DNA of 21,517 bases from Clostridia bacterium (GTDB taxonomy: Bacteria > Bacillota > Clostridia > TANB77 > CAG-508), in NCBI GenBank assembly GCA_016290095.1, contig JAEESU010000028.1, positions 1 through 21,517 on the forward strand, given 5' to 3'. Shown piece after piece: positions 8,076-16,385 of the stretch (the stretch's first letter is position 1; the number at the start of each line of letters is the position of its first letter). The position numbers and the translations under genes are program-made. The notes under the pieces are model-generated. The model did not search any database. It was not told where the DNA came from and worked only from the letters and a program-made list of their open reading frames with translations.

Positions 8076-9338
8076 ATGGAAGATATAGAGCTTTTTGATG
8101 TAAAAAAAGAATATGAAATTATAATAAAAAGAGTTGTAGAAAAATATGGATATAATAAGGATTTAGAACAAACATTAAGAAGAATATTGCCAGCAATGTT
8201 AAAAGGAAGAAGTTATCAAGACAGAAGAGTGTTCTATGAAATGTTAGAAGAAACACAAATAGTCATTGTTACGAGTCAAGAAGAACTAAAAAGAAGAGAA
8301 GAAGAAGAATTTGGTGGATTAAATCCTCATATTGTAGAAGAAGATTCAGAAAAATCAGTATATAATCAACTTAAACCTGCAGGATTTTATAGAAGAGATC
8401 CTATATTAGATGAAAGTGGAAAACTTGTTGGAAAAAAGCAAGCTGTATTTGTTCAAGCTATAGACACAAAAGGGAGATTAAGTTCTAGTGAAGAAGAGCG
8501 TGTTAAAATATTTGGAACAGCTATTCAAGTTTCACATTTAATCCACGAATTAGGTCATGCCTGGGCAGCTCAGCATAATGGATTAATACAAGAGGAAGAT
8601 GGTTCAGTCATTTCAAGAGTGGGAACAGCAGAGGTTAAGTATGAGTATTCTCCTATAGGAGATGGCAAATATTCGTGTAAAGAATCTTATCCTAAAAATA
8701 TGATGATTGAAGAAGCTATGAATACAGAGCAAGAAGAAGACTCATTAAAAAGATTTTTACAAGTAGATAGTGATAAACTAAATGAATTATATAATTCTGG
8801 AATTTTAGATAGATCTAATTACCAAAAACTAGTTTTAATGATAATGAGATCAGCGCTTAATTGCGGATTAAGAAAAGACTTTGAAACATATAGAATGTAT
8901 AACGACAGAGCTTCAGAGAGTAAAATAAATAATGCATTAACTCAAACAGAATGGCATCAAAAAAGGGGAGAAAATTCCGAATTTACAAATAGAAAAATTC
9001 AACTTATAAAAATACTTTCACAAGGGCAAGAAATTTGTGATGATGGCATAATTAGACCTATTGATGACACTCAAAAAGAAAAAATTAATAAAAGGAAACA
9101 ATTTGTAGAACTTTGTAGAGAAGATTTTTTAAAAGACAAATCGGAAATGAGTCCAATGGAATGTTATGATAATTTACTTACACAATTTTTTGATATAAAT
9201 GCTAAAAACTCTTGCTTTGACAGTAAAGAATTTGTAAAGGTTGTAAAGATGTTAGCACCTGAAGCAAACGAATTATTAGATCAAATAGAAGCTGTTTGTT
9301 TAGGAAGAAATTTAAGTGAAAAATCAGAAGAAAAATAA
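8076..9338 (+). CDS. Putative cytoplasmic zinc metallopeptidase-like protein (HEXXHxxxxxH motif)
   Basis: HELGHAWAAQH at nt 8544-8576 (His157, Glu158, His161, His167). No signal peptide or TM segment. Acidic, charged N- and C-terminal regions. Has its own promoter and terminator. Confidence 0.55.
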   Translation: MEDIELFDVKKEYEIIIKRVVEKYGYNKDLEQTLRRILPAMLKGRSYQDRRVFYEMLEETQIVIVTSQEELKRREEEEFGGLNPHIVEEDSEKSVYNQLKPAGFYRRDPILDESGKLVGKKQAVFVQAIDTKGRLSSSEEERVKIFGTAIQVSHLIHELGHAWAAQHNGLIQEEDGSVISRVGTAEVKYEYSPIGDGKYSCKESYPKNMMIEEAMNTEQEEDSLKRFLQVDSDKLNELYNSGILDRSNYQKLVLMIMRSALNCGLRKDFETYRMYNDRASESKINNALTQTEWHQKRGENSEFTNRKIQLIKILSQGQEICDDGIIRPIDDTQKEKINKRKQFVELCREDFLKDKSEMSPMECYDNLLTQFFDINAKNSCFDSKEFVKVVKMLAPEANELLDQIEAVCLGRNLSEKSEEK

Positions 9339-9347
9339 GGCTATATA

Positions 9348-9383
9348 AAGGCAAATTTTAGTATAAAAATTTGCCTTTTTTTC
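9348..9383 (+). terminator. Rho-independent terminator ending the VirB4-to-HEXXH gene block
   Basis: AAGGCAAATTTT (9348-9359) pairs with AAAATTTGCCTT (9366-9377), followed by a T6 run. Confidence 0.8.
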
Positions 9384-9412
9384 TTGATTTTTTTGGGTAA
9401 GTTTTATATAAT
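9384..9412 (+). promoter_or_regulatory. Sigma-A promoter of gyrA
   Basis: TTGATT (9384-9389), 17 nt, TATAAT (9407-9412). GAGG RBS before the ATG at 9450. Confidence 0.65.
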
Positions 9413-9449
9413 GCAAGAGTAAATAAGTATAAAGAAAAGAGGTTTTTTA

Positions 9450-11891
9450 ATGGATAGGCAAGATGAAAAAATAATCGAGAGAAATATTGAAACTGAAATG
9501 AGAACAGCATATATCGATTATGCAATGAGCGTAATTGTTTCAAGGGCTTTACCAGATGTTAGAGACGGTTTAAAGCCTGTTCATAGAAGAATATTATATT
9601 CTATGCATGAAGATGGAATTACATCAGATAAGCCTTATAGAAAATGTGCAAATACAGTTGGATCTGTTTTAGGAAGATATCATCCACATGGTGACTCTTC
9701 TGTATATGATGCAATGGTGCGTTTAGCTCAAGATTTCTCTATGAGATATACTTTAATAGATGGACATGGTAACTTTGGATCTATAGATGGTGATGGTGCA
9801 GCAGCAATGAGGTACACAGAATCTAGAATGTCAAAAATTGCAGAACAAATGCTAGTTGACATCGAAAAAAATACAGTTGATTTTATGCCTAACTATGATG
9901 ATAGACTTCAAGAACCAACAGTTTTACCATCAAAAATACCTGCATTATTAATAAATGGTTCTTCTGGAATTGCTGTTGGTATGGCAACAAACATTCCACC
10001 ACACAATTTAACAGAGGTTATAAATGGAGCAATTAGATTAATAGACAATCCTGAGTGTACAATTGAAGAATTAATGCAAGATGTTAAAGGACCAGATTTT
10101 CCTACAGGAGCAATGATATTAGGTAGAGACGGAATAAAAGAAGCATACACAACAGGAAAAGGAAAAATAACAGTTAGAGCAGAAACAGAAATTGAAGAAA
10201 TGGGCAATGGAAAACAAAGAATTATTGTTAGATCTCTTCCATATCAAGTAAACAAAGCTAATTTAATTATTAAAATAGATGAAATGATTAAAGATAAAAG
10301 AGTAGAAGGTATTTCAGAAGTTAGAGATGAATCAGACAGAGAAGAAAAAGTTAGAATTGTAATTGAACTTAAAAGAGATGCTAGACCTCAAGTAATCTTA
10401 AATCAATTATTTAAACATACACAAATGCAAGATACATTTGGTGTAATAATGCTTGCATTAGTTGATGGAGAACCAAAAATTCTTACATTAAAACAATGTT
10501 TAGAAGAATATATTAAACATAGAAAAATAGTAATTTTAAGAAGGACAAAATTTGAACTTGATAAAGCAGAAGCAAGAGCTCATATCTTACAAGGTTTAAT
10601 GATAGCTATTGACAACATTGATGAAGTAATTAAGATTATTAGAGAATCTTATGATGATGCTAAAGAAAGATTAATGGCAAGATTTGAACTTTCTGATATT
10701 CAAGCACAAGCTATCTTAGATATGCAATTAAAGAGATTATCTGGATTACAAAGAGAAAAACTTGAAGAAGAATATGCAGAATTATTAAAATTAATTGCGT
10801 ATTATAAAGAGATTTTATCAAGCGAAACATTAGTATATGATATTATTAAAACAGAACTTCTTGAAATTAAAGAAAAATTTGGAGATGAAAGACTTACAAA
10901 AATTGCTGCTGCAGAAGGTGAATTCGAAGAAGAAGATTTAATAAAAGAAGAACAAGTAATTATAACTTTATCACACTTTGGATATATTAAGAGACTTCCA
11001 GTAGATACTTATAAGAGCCAAAGAAGAGGTGGCAAAGGAATTACAGGAATGACAACAAGAGAAGAAGATTTTGTAAAAGAAATATTTACAGCTTCAACTC
11101 ATGACACATTATTATTCTTTAGTAATAAAGGAAAAATGTATAGACTTCGTGGATTTGAAATTCCAGAAGCAGGAAGAACAGCAAAAGGAACTGCAATTGT
11201 CAACTTACTAAACCTAGAAGCTGGAGAAAAGATTTCTGCAATTATTCCAATTCAAAATTTTGCTGAAGGAAAATATTTATTAATGGCTACAAAGAGTGGT
11301 TTAATAAAGAAAACTCCGTTAGTAGAATATGATTCAAACAGAAGAACAGGATTGATGGGAATAACATTAAAAGATGATGATGAATTAATAGATGTTAGAA
11401 TGACAGATGGAGAAGATAATGTAGTATTAGTAACTCGTAAAGGTATGAGTATTACATTTGATGAAAAAGATGTAAGACCTGTTGGAAGAACAGCACAAGG
11501 TGTTATTGGAATGAGACTTGACGATGGAGACAGAGTAATAGGAATGGAACCAATAATAGTTGGAAGTAAGGCAACGCTTCTTGCAATTACTGAAAATGGA
11601 TTTGGAAAGAGAACAGAACTTGAAGAATATAGAGTACAAAACAGAGGTGGAAAAGGAGTTATAACATATAAAATTACACCGAAAACAGGAGAGATTGTAG
11701 GAATTAAGATTGTAAGTGGTGTTGAAGATATTATGCTTGTAACAGACACAGGTACAATTATTAGATTAAATTCTGGAGAAGTTTCAGTACTTGGAAGATC
11801 AACACAAGGTGTTACATTAATGAGAACAAATGAAGGCAAAGTAGTAAGTATTGAAAAGATCTTAGATGAAGATGAAAACTATATAATTTAA
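9450..11891 (+). CDS. gyrA: DNA gyrase subunit A
   Basis: Full-length 813 aa. AYIDYAMSVIVSRALPDVRDGLKPVHRRILY, the active-site region AAMRYTE, the QRDR HPHGDSSVYDAM (Ser83 at 9696-9698, Asp87 at 9708-9710), and C-terminal beta-pinwheel repeats. Confidence 0.99.
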   Translation: MDRQDEKIIERNIETEMRTAYIDYAMSVIVSRALPDVRDGLKPVHRRILYSMHEDGITSDKPYRKCANTVGSVLGRYHPHGDSSVYDAMVRLAQDFSMRYTLIDGHGNFGSIDGDGAAAMRYTESRMSKIAEQMLVDIEKNTVDFMPNYDDRLQEPTVLPSKIPALLINGSSGIAVGMATNIPPHNLTEVINGAIRLIDNPECTIEELMQDVKGPDFPTGAMILGRDGIKEAYTTGKGKITVRAETEIEEMGNGKQRIIVRSLPYQVNKANLIIKIDEMIKDKRVEGISEVRDESDREEKVRIVIELKRDARPQVILNQLFKHTQMQDTFGVIMLALVDGEPKILTLKQCLEEYIKHRKIVILRRTKFELDKAEARAHILQGLMIAIDNIDEVIKIIRESYDDAKERLMARFELSDIQAQAILDMQLKRLSGLQREKLEEEYAELLKLIAYYKEILSSETLVYDIIKTELLEIKEKFGDERLTKIAAAEGEFEEEDLIKEEQVIITLSHFGYIKRLPVDTYKSQRRGGKGITGMTTREEDFVKEIFTASTHDTLLFFSNKGKMYRLRGFEIPEAGRTAKGTAIVNLLNLEAGEKISAIIPIQNFAEGKYLLMATKSGLIKKTPLVEYDSNRRTGLMGITLKDDDELIDVRMTDGEDNVVLVTRKGMSITFDEKDVRPVGRTAQGVIGMRLDDGDRVIGMEPIIVGSKATLLAITENGFGKRTELEEYRVQNRGGKGVITYKITPKTGEIVGIKIVSGVEDIMLVTDTGTIIRLNSGEVSVLGRSTQGVTLMRTNEGKVVSIEKILDEDENYII

Positions 11892-11903
11892 CAAAAATAA
11901 GAT

Positions 11904-11933
11904 AAGGAGATGCAAAAGCATTTCCTTTTTTTA
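11904..11933 (+). terminator. Rho-independent terminator after gyrA
   Basis: AAGGAGATGC (11904-11913) pairs with GCATTTCCTT (11918-11927), with one G-U pair. AAAA loop and a T-run tail. Confidence 0.7.
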
Positions 11934-11985
11934 TTAAATAAAGTATAATAATAGCATAAATTCATAAACAGAAAGAGAGGAAAAT

Positions 11986-12585
11986 GTGGATATCTTAACA
12001 CTGAAATCAAAAGTAAAGTTAGGTTGTAATATGTGTGACAAGTGTTGCATATATAGGGGAGATATAAAATTAACACCGATAAATGTATGTAATATTAGTA
12101 AATACTTAAACATATCTAATGAAGAATTTATAGATAAATATACATATAGAATAGAAGAAAGACCGTTAGAACTATTTTTAAAAACAACAGGAGAAAAAAG
12201 AGAGTGTATATTATATGATAAAAAAATACATGGATGTGGTATTCATAAGGTAAAACCAATGCAATGCACAATGTTTCCTCTTGTTCCAGAGAATTTAAAA
12301 AGAGATTATTTTTATGATTCTGAACAATGCAAATTAGAGAATGCAAAAGAAATAACAGTAAATGATTGGCTAAACGGAAACAATAACAACTATAAGAAAA
12401 ACAAAGAAATCTGTTTAAAATGGATTGAGTTTCTAGAAGAGATTCAGCCAAGGATATTTAACTTTGATAAAGATAAAATAGATAAATATTATACAATAAT
12501 GTTTGATGATTATAATTTAAAAAACTCTAATTATAAAAAGCAAATGATAAAAAAAATGGAAATTATTAGAAAAAATCTTGTATGA
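11986..12585 (+). CDS. YkgJ-family (CxxCxxCC) zinc/iron-chelating cysteine-cluster protein
   Basis: N-terminal CNMCDKCC motif plus later Cys residues (CILYD...CGIHKVKPMQC), typical of the CxxCxxCC family. GTG start with a GAGAGG RBS 6 nt upstream. Confidence 0.7.
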   Translation: MDILTLKSKVKLGCNMCDKCCIYRGDIKLTPINVCNISKYLNISNEEFIDKYTYRIEERPLELFLKTTGEKRECILYDKKIHGCGIHKVKPMQCTMFPLVPENLKRDYFYDSEQCKLENAKEITVNDWLNGNNNNYKKNKEICLKWIEFLEEIQPRIFNFDKDKIDKYYTIMFDDYNLKNSNYKKQMIKKMEIIRKNLV

Positions 12586-12710
12586 TTTGATTTAAATATT
12601 AAAACTTGGTGTTATACCCTTGGAATTACAATTACGAAAGTATGATTGTGATGTCAACAAATTTCATGATTTTTCTCAAGCACAAGATACAACAGACTGT
12701 AAATAAACCA

Positions 12711-12746
12711 GCACCCAAGGCTTATTTTGCCTTGGGTGCCATTTTT
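12711..12746. terminator. Bidirectional hairpin terminator between convergent genes
   Basis: GCACCCAAGG (12711-12720) pairs with CCTTGGGTGC (12730-12739). T run at 12742-12746 on the plus side and an A-rich left flank for the minus-strand gene. Confidence 0.8.
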
Positions 12747-12796
12747 AAAATATTATAATTATTTTTATAAACAATTTTTAAGTGATTATCTCAAAG

Positions 12797-13819
12797 CTAT
12801 ATTTCTTTTTTTGCTTTTTTAAATCTTAAATCATCACCAAAAAATCTAAGGAATCGATAGTTTCCCGCTAGTCTAGAGCCAATTCTTGTTGTATATGTTT
12901 GGAACAATTCATCAACATTTAAATTTGTTGAAATGATTGTTTTTGTAATCTTATGGTTTTGATTTAATAATCTCGTGTTAATAATTGTAAATAATTCTGT
13001 AATTTTTGTATCAGTAATTTTTTCTGTACCAAGATCATCAATTATTAATAAATCAACATTTAGAATGTTTTCGTACAAATCAAATTTTGCATGATCTCTT
13101 CCAAATTTTGCATCATTTATTTCATCAAACATAACAGGAGCTGTCTGATATAAAACAGTTTTACCCATTTTAAGTAATTCGTTTGCAATACAATTTGTTA
13201 AAAATGTTTTTCCAACTCCTGTATTTCCAGTGAAAATCAAGTTCTTTTCTTCGGGATCATCAAAATTGTCAATAAAATTTTTTGCTTTTTCTCTGATGAT
13301 ATTTATATTTTCTCTAGGAGAAATATCTGATTTATATTTGTCTTTATCAGGTTTATCAGAAAAGATTCTAACATTAAAACTACCAAAGTTTTCTCTTTCT
13401 AAATTTCCCATATTTGATTTGTTATACGCAATATCAAAAATTCTTTGTTTTAAACATGAACACATTGATGATGTTCCATCTTTTTGAATATAGCCTGTAT
13501 CTTTACACAATTTGCAATCAAATTGTGGATTAAGGTACGAATTATCTTTTAGTAAATCTTTTAAAAATGAATTTTTTTCTTTAATCAAACTATTATTTTT
13601 TTTCTTTAATTCACTTAAAAGAGACTCTTTTTCCTTGCTATCTGACGACATCATTGTTTTTAAAGTTTGAATAGAATTTGAAGAAAGTTCATTTTCGATT
13701 TCCACTAAACGAGGATTAACTGTTAATAATTCTTGTTTTCTTTCTTCAGCTTCTTTTATTTTAGTACTACGCTTATTTTCATATTCTCTTAAAACTTGTT
13801 TTAATAAAGAATTGTCCAT
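12797..13819 (-). CDS. DnaI/DnaC-like replicative helicase loader (AAA+ with an N-terminal Cys cluster)
   Basis: Walker A FTGNTGVGKTFL. Walker B LLIIDDLGTE. N-terminal CKLCKDTGY...CSC zinc-binding-like cluster. The coiled N-terminus (YENKRS...AEERKQELL) is typical of clostridial loaders. Lies directly downstream of the DnaD-like gene. Confidence 0.8.
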   Translation of the reverse strand: MDNSLLKQVLREYENKRSTKIKEAEERKQELLTVNPRLVEIENELSSNSIQTLKTMMSSDSKEKESLLSELKKKNNSLIKEKNSFLKDLLKDNSYLNPQFDCKLCKDTGYIQKDGTSSMCSCLKQRIFDIAYNKSNMGNLERENFGSFNVRIFSDKPDKDKYKSDISPRENINIIREKAKNFIDNFDDPEEKNLIFTGNTGVGKTFLTNCIANELLKMGKTVLYQTAPVMFDEINDAKFGRDHAKFDLYENILNVDLLIIDDLGTEKITDTKITELFTIINTRLLNQNHKITKTIISTNLNVDELFQTYTTRIGSRLAGNYRFLRFFGDDLRFKKAKKEI

Positions 13820-13831
13820 CTATTTTCCCTT

Positions 13832-14785
13832 CTAATTATCATATAATGAGTCTAAATTATCAAAAGTACTTTGTGTATATTCAAAAACTGTTTTTTCAAC
13901 TTGAGATTTTTTCTTATCTTTTTCTTTTATAGAATTTAAATAAGTTTCTATTTCATCAGTAGAATGAAGGTCCTTACTATGCCAATCTGTAAGTAAAGTA
14001 TCTATGTAATCAAATCTAACTTTATTATTTGAAGAAGCTTTTTTTAGTGCTATTTCAATTATTTCCATTGGATATCCATAATTTTCAGTCCATTTAACAA
14101 TATCTTCTTCTTCATAAGAAGTTAAACTTCTGCGTAAATTAAGCTTTTTGGCAATTTCACTATTTATACTTGTCCTTTTTTCTTGTTTCTCAAAATAGCT
14201 ATCTAATTCATTAAATGTTTTAATATTGTTTTTGCTCCATGCATCTGCGGTTGCTTGAATATAGTTTCTATGTAATGCTCTTTTATCATATGCATAATTA
14301 AATAAAGCAAGCATAACTTGTTCATCAAATCCATATTTATTAAACCATAGATCAATGTCATTATACCAAGATGGAGACATTACTCCTGAAAAGAATTGAG
14401 CATTAATACTCTCTATAACTCTAGCACGAGCTTGACTTTGAGAATTCTTAATAGCATCTTCAGGAGAAGATGTTACTTTAGGAGTATACAATTTTAACAA
14501 TTCTATTTCTTGGATATCAGCTAGAGTATAGCCATCAGTTTTCTTTACTAAAATACCTTTATCTTCCCAAAATTTAATTGCATCTTGAACATCAGGAAAA
14601 TCTAAAGATAGAGTTTTTGATAAATCATTTATCTTTATTTCTTTATTGTACTTTGATAAGAAAAGCATATAAAAATATACTTTAATAGAATTACCAGAGG
14701 CTTCTGGTAAATATTCTGTAAAAAACACGTCTGGAATTTCTGTACTAGAAAAAAGAAGAGACTTATCATTTTGAGATAGCTTCAT
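13832..14785 (-). CDS. DnaD-domain replication initiation / helicase-loading protein (DnaB/DnaD-like)
   Basis: DnaD-like repeats (WFNKYGFDEQVMLALFNYA and WTENYGYPMEIIEIALKKA). The listed ORF starts at TTG 14794. The ATG at 14785 has better spacing to the AAAGGGG RBS and is preferred. Confidence 0.78.
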   Translation of the reverse strand: MKLSQNDKSLLFSSTEIPDVFFTEYLPEASGNSIKVYFYMLFLSKYNKEIKINDLSKTLSLDFPDVQDAIKFWEDKGILVKKTDGYTLADIQEIELLKLYTPKVTSSPEDAIKNSQSQARARVIESINAQFFSGVMSPSWYNDIDLWFNKYGFDEQVMLALFNYAYDKRALHRNYIQATADAWSKNNIKTFNELDSYFEKQEKRTSINSEIAKKLNLRRSLTSYEEEDIVKWTENYGYPMEIIEIALKKASSNNKVRFDYIDTLLTDWHSKDLHSTDEIETYLNSIKEKDKKKSQVEKTVFEYTQSTFDNLDSLYDN

Positions 14786-14844
14786 TAAAATCAAACCCCT
14801 TTACTACACTTCACAAATTATCTTCTTTAGTACAATGTGTAAGG

Positions 14845-14873
14845 ATTATATCATTTAAAAACAATAAATACAA
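14845..14873 (-). promoter_or_regulatory. Sigma-A promoter (extended -10) for the dnaD-like/dnaI-like operon
   Basis: On the minus strand: TTGTAT (14873-14868), 17 nt, TGaTATAAT (-10 at 14850-14845). It sits in the 87-nt gap after the TcpE-like stop. Confidence 0.6.
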
Positions 14874-14881
14874 TAATAAAA

Positions 14882-15163
14882 TTATTTTTTATAAAGATAA
14901 ACTTTTTGACTCATTAAATACTTAGTTATAAATCTAAAAACGGTTATAAAACTTTCTTTATTTAAACCTATAATGCTAATTAAAAATATAGGAAAAAATA
15001 AAGAAACAAAAAAGAATATTTTAAAATTAATACTAGAAAATATTACATTTACAATAAAATATAAAATGATTGCTACAACAATATCAATAATAGCTGTAGA
15101 ATAGTCTATAAAACCAAAAAGCTTAGATTTAAAATTGTAATTTTTAGGATAAATAAAATGCAT
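14882..15163 (-). CDS. TcpE/Tn916-Orf17/VirB3-like small conjugation membrane protein
   Basis: 93 aa with two hydrophobic helices. N-terminal YPKNYNFKSKLFGFIDY and a basic C-terminal tail KYLMSQKVYLYKK fit the TcpE-family pattern. AGGAGG RBS. Confidence 0.55.
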   Translation of the reverse strand: MHFIYPKNYNFKSKLFGFIDYSTAIIDIVVAIILYFIVNVIFSSINFKIFFFVSLFFPIFLISIIGLNKESFITVFRFITKYLMSQKVYLYKK

Positions 15164-15173
15164 TTAAAACCTC

Positions 15174-16043
15174 CTAATTATTAAAAATGGAAGTAAGATT
15201 TGAGTTAATAGTAGTTGATATTCCACCAAAAAGCTCTTTCATATAACCATTTGCTTTTGTGAGAGCATAAATTATTCCTATAAAAAGAATAGAATCAAAA
15301 TTAGATGAATTAGCCAGTGGAATACTAAAAGAAAGAAGTAATATAAGAGCAATAAGTATTTGAACAAATAGAAGTGATAAAAATGTTTTAATCCATACTT
15401 TAAAAAACCAGTCTGTGGAATTAGATACTAAACTTAAAAATGCAAATGGACTAATAAGAATAAATATTTGAACCATTATATATCTTAAAGAATATGTAAG
15501 AATTAAATTGATTAATCCAAAACTAGTAAAAGTTTTAATTATTCCGTTAAAGGAGAATAAATTTAATTCTCCGGAAAAATAGATTGTTTTATTAATATTA
15601 TTAATAAAATTTGAAAAGCTTATATCAGTACTAAAAAGAGATTGCCCTATAGATAGAATTACTTTTGTGATTATAGAAATTATAAAAATGACTTGTTCAC
15701 AAATCCATAAAGATGAGTTCATTATAATAATAAAAATAATGGCTTTAAATACAAATTGTTTAGGGGTATCTATTTTAGAATAAGTTAGATGAGAAATAAG
15801 AAAAGCGATAGCATAATATATAATAAAGCCCAAAATTAAACTGTTACATATTAGTAAAATACCATCAGCACTATTTGAACCAAAAATTTTCTCAAAGTAT
15901 TTATTTGATAAAATTGAGGTATCAATAAATGCTAAGTCATCAAGGAAAGAATAGATAGAATTATCAATTGAAGATAGTAAAGAACTTAATAATTCATTAA
16001 TAGACTTAAAAATAATTTCTGATAATTTTATTGAGTTTTCCAT
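15174..16043 (-). CDS. VirB6/TrbL-like polytopic membrane protein
   Basis: 289 aa with about 6 predicted TM helices. Position between the VirB2-like and VirB3-like genes. Called on topology and context; no sharp motif. Confidence 0.55.
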   Translation of the reverse strand: MENSIKLSEIIFKSINELLSSLLSSIDNSIYSFLDDLAFIDTSILSNKYFEKIFGSNSADGILLICNSLILGFIIYYAIAFLISHLTYSKIDTPKQFVFKAIIFIIIMNSSLWICEQVIFIISIITKVILSIGQSLFSTDISFSNFINNINKTIYFSGELNLFSFNGIIKTFTSFGLINLILTYSLRYIMVQIFILISPFAFLSLVSNSTDWFFKVWIKTFLSLLFVQILIALILLLSFSIPLANSSNFDSILFIGIIYALTKANGYMKELFGGISTTINSNLTSIFNN

Positions 16044-16055
16044 ACATTAAGTCCT

Positions 16056-16385
16056 TTATGAAAGTAAGGTTTGGAATAAGGATAATATTAGATCTATAGA
16101 AAGAATAAATCCATAAGAAAACAAAGTTCCTCTAATAAGTTTATTTGCAGTTCTGATTTTTTCTTCATCACCAAAACTAAATTTTTTCATGAGTACACCT
16201 GTTCCAACAGATACAGCGGCAGCTGGTGTCGATATTTTGACTATATAGCTTTCAATTTTTTGAAAAGCACTATTTAGAGTAGATACAAGCTTTGGATCTG
16301 CAGCAAATACATTTGTGTGATAACAACAAATGAATAGTACAGAAATCATTGCTGAATATATAATTTGTAATTTTTTATTTTTCAT
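16056..16385 (-). CDS. VirB2/TrbC-like pilin-type small secreted membrane protein
   Basis: 109 aa. Signal peptide ending VFA/AD, then two hydrophobic segments (PAAAVSVGTGVLM and LFSYGFILSIDLILSLF) separated by a charged loop. Its start abuts the coupling-protein stop. Confidence 0.45.
   Translation of the reverse strand: MKNKKLQIIYSAMISVLFICCYHTNVFAADPKLVSTLNSAFQKIESYIVKISTPAAAVSVGTGVLMKKFSFGDEEKIRTANKLIRGTLFSYGFILSIDLILSLFQTLLS

Noticed and set aside
9358-9543. 61-aa minus-strand ORF spanning the gyrA promoter and start; a similar case is 11888-12076 across the gyrA terminator and ykgJ-like start
   Set aside because: They run through terminator hairpins, promoters and the 5' ends of well-supported genes. 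They have no RBS and biased composition.
9681-9719. gyrA quinolone-resistance-determining region checked for resistance substitutions
   Set aside because: The residues aligning with E. coli Ser83 and Asp87 are Ser and Asp (HPHGDSSVYDAM). This is the wild-type, susceptible-type pattern, so there is nothing to report.
9908-11839. Minus-strand ORFs inside gyrA (9908-10207, 11252-11839, 11427-11639)
   Set aside because: They are antisense to a highly conserved, full-length gyrA. Their compositions are low-complexity (Ser/Ile/Pro-rich) with no RBS. They are typical shadow ORFs.
12642-12758. 38-codon plus-strand ORF (MIVMSTNFMIFLKHK...) in the ykgJ-like/dnaI-like intergenic region
   Set aside because: It has no usable RBS and reads straight through the bidirectional terminator hairpin.
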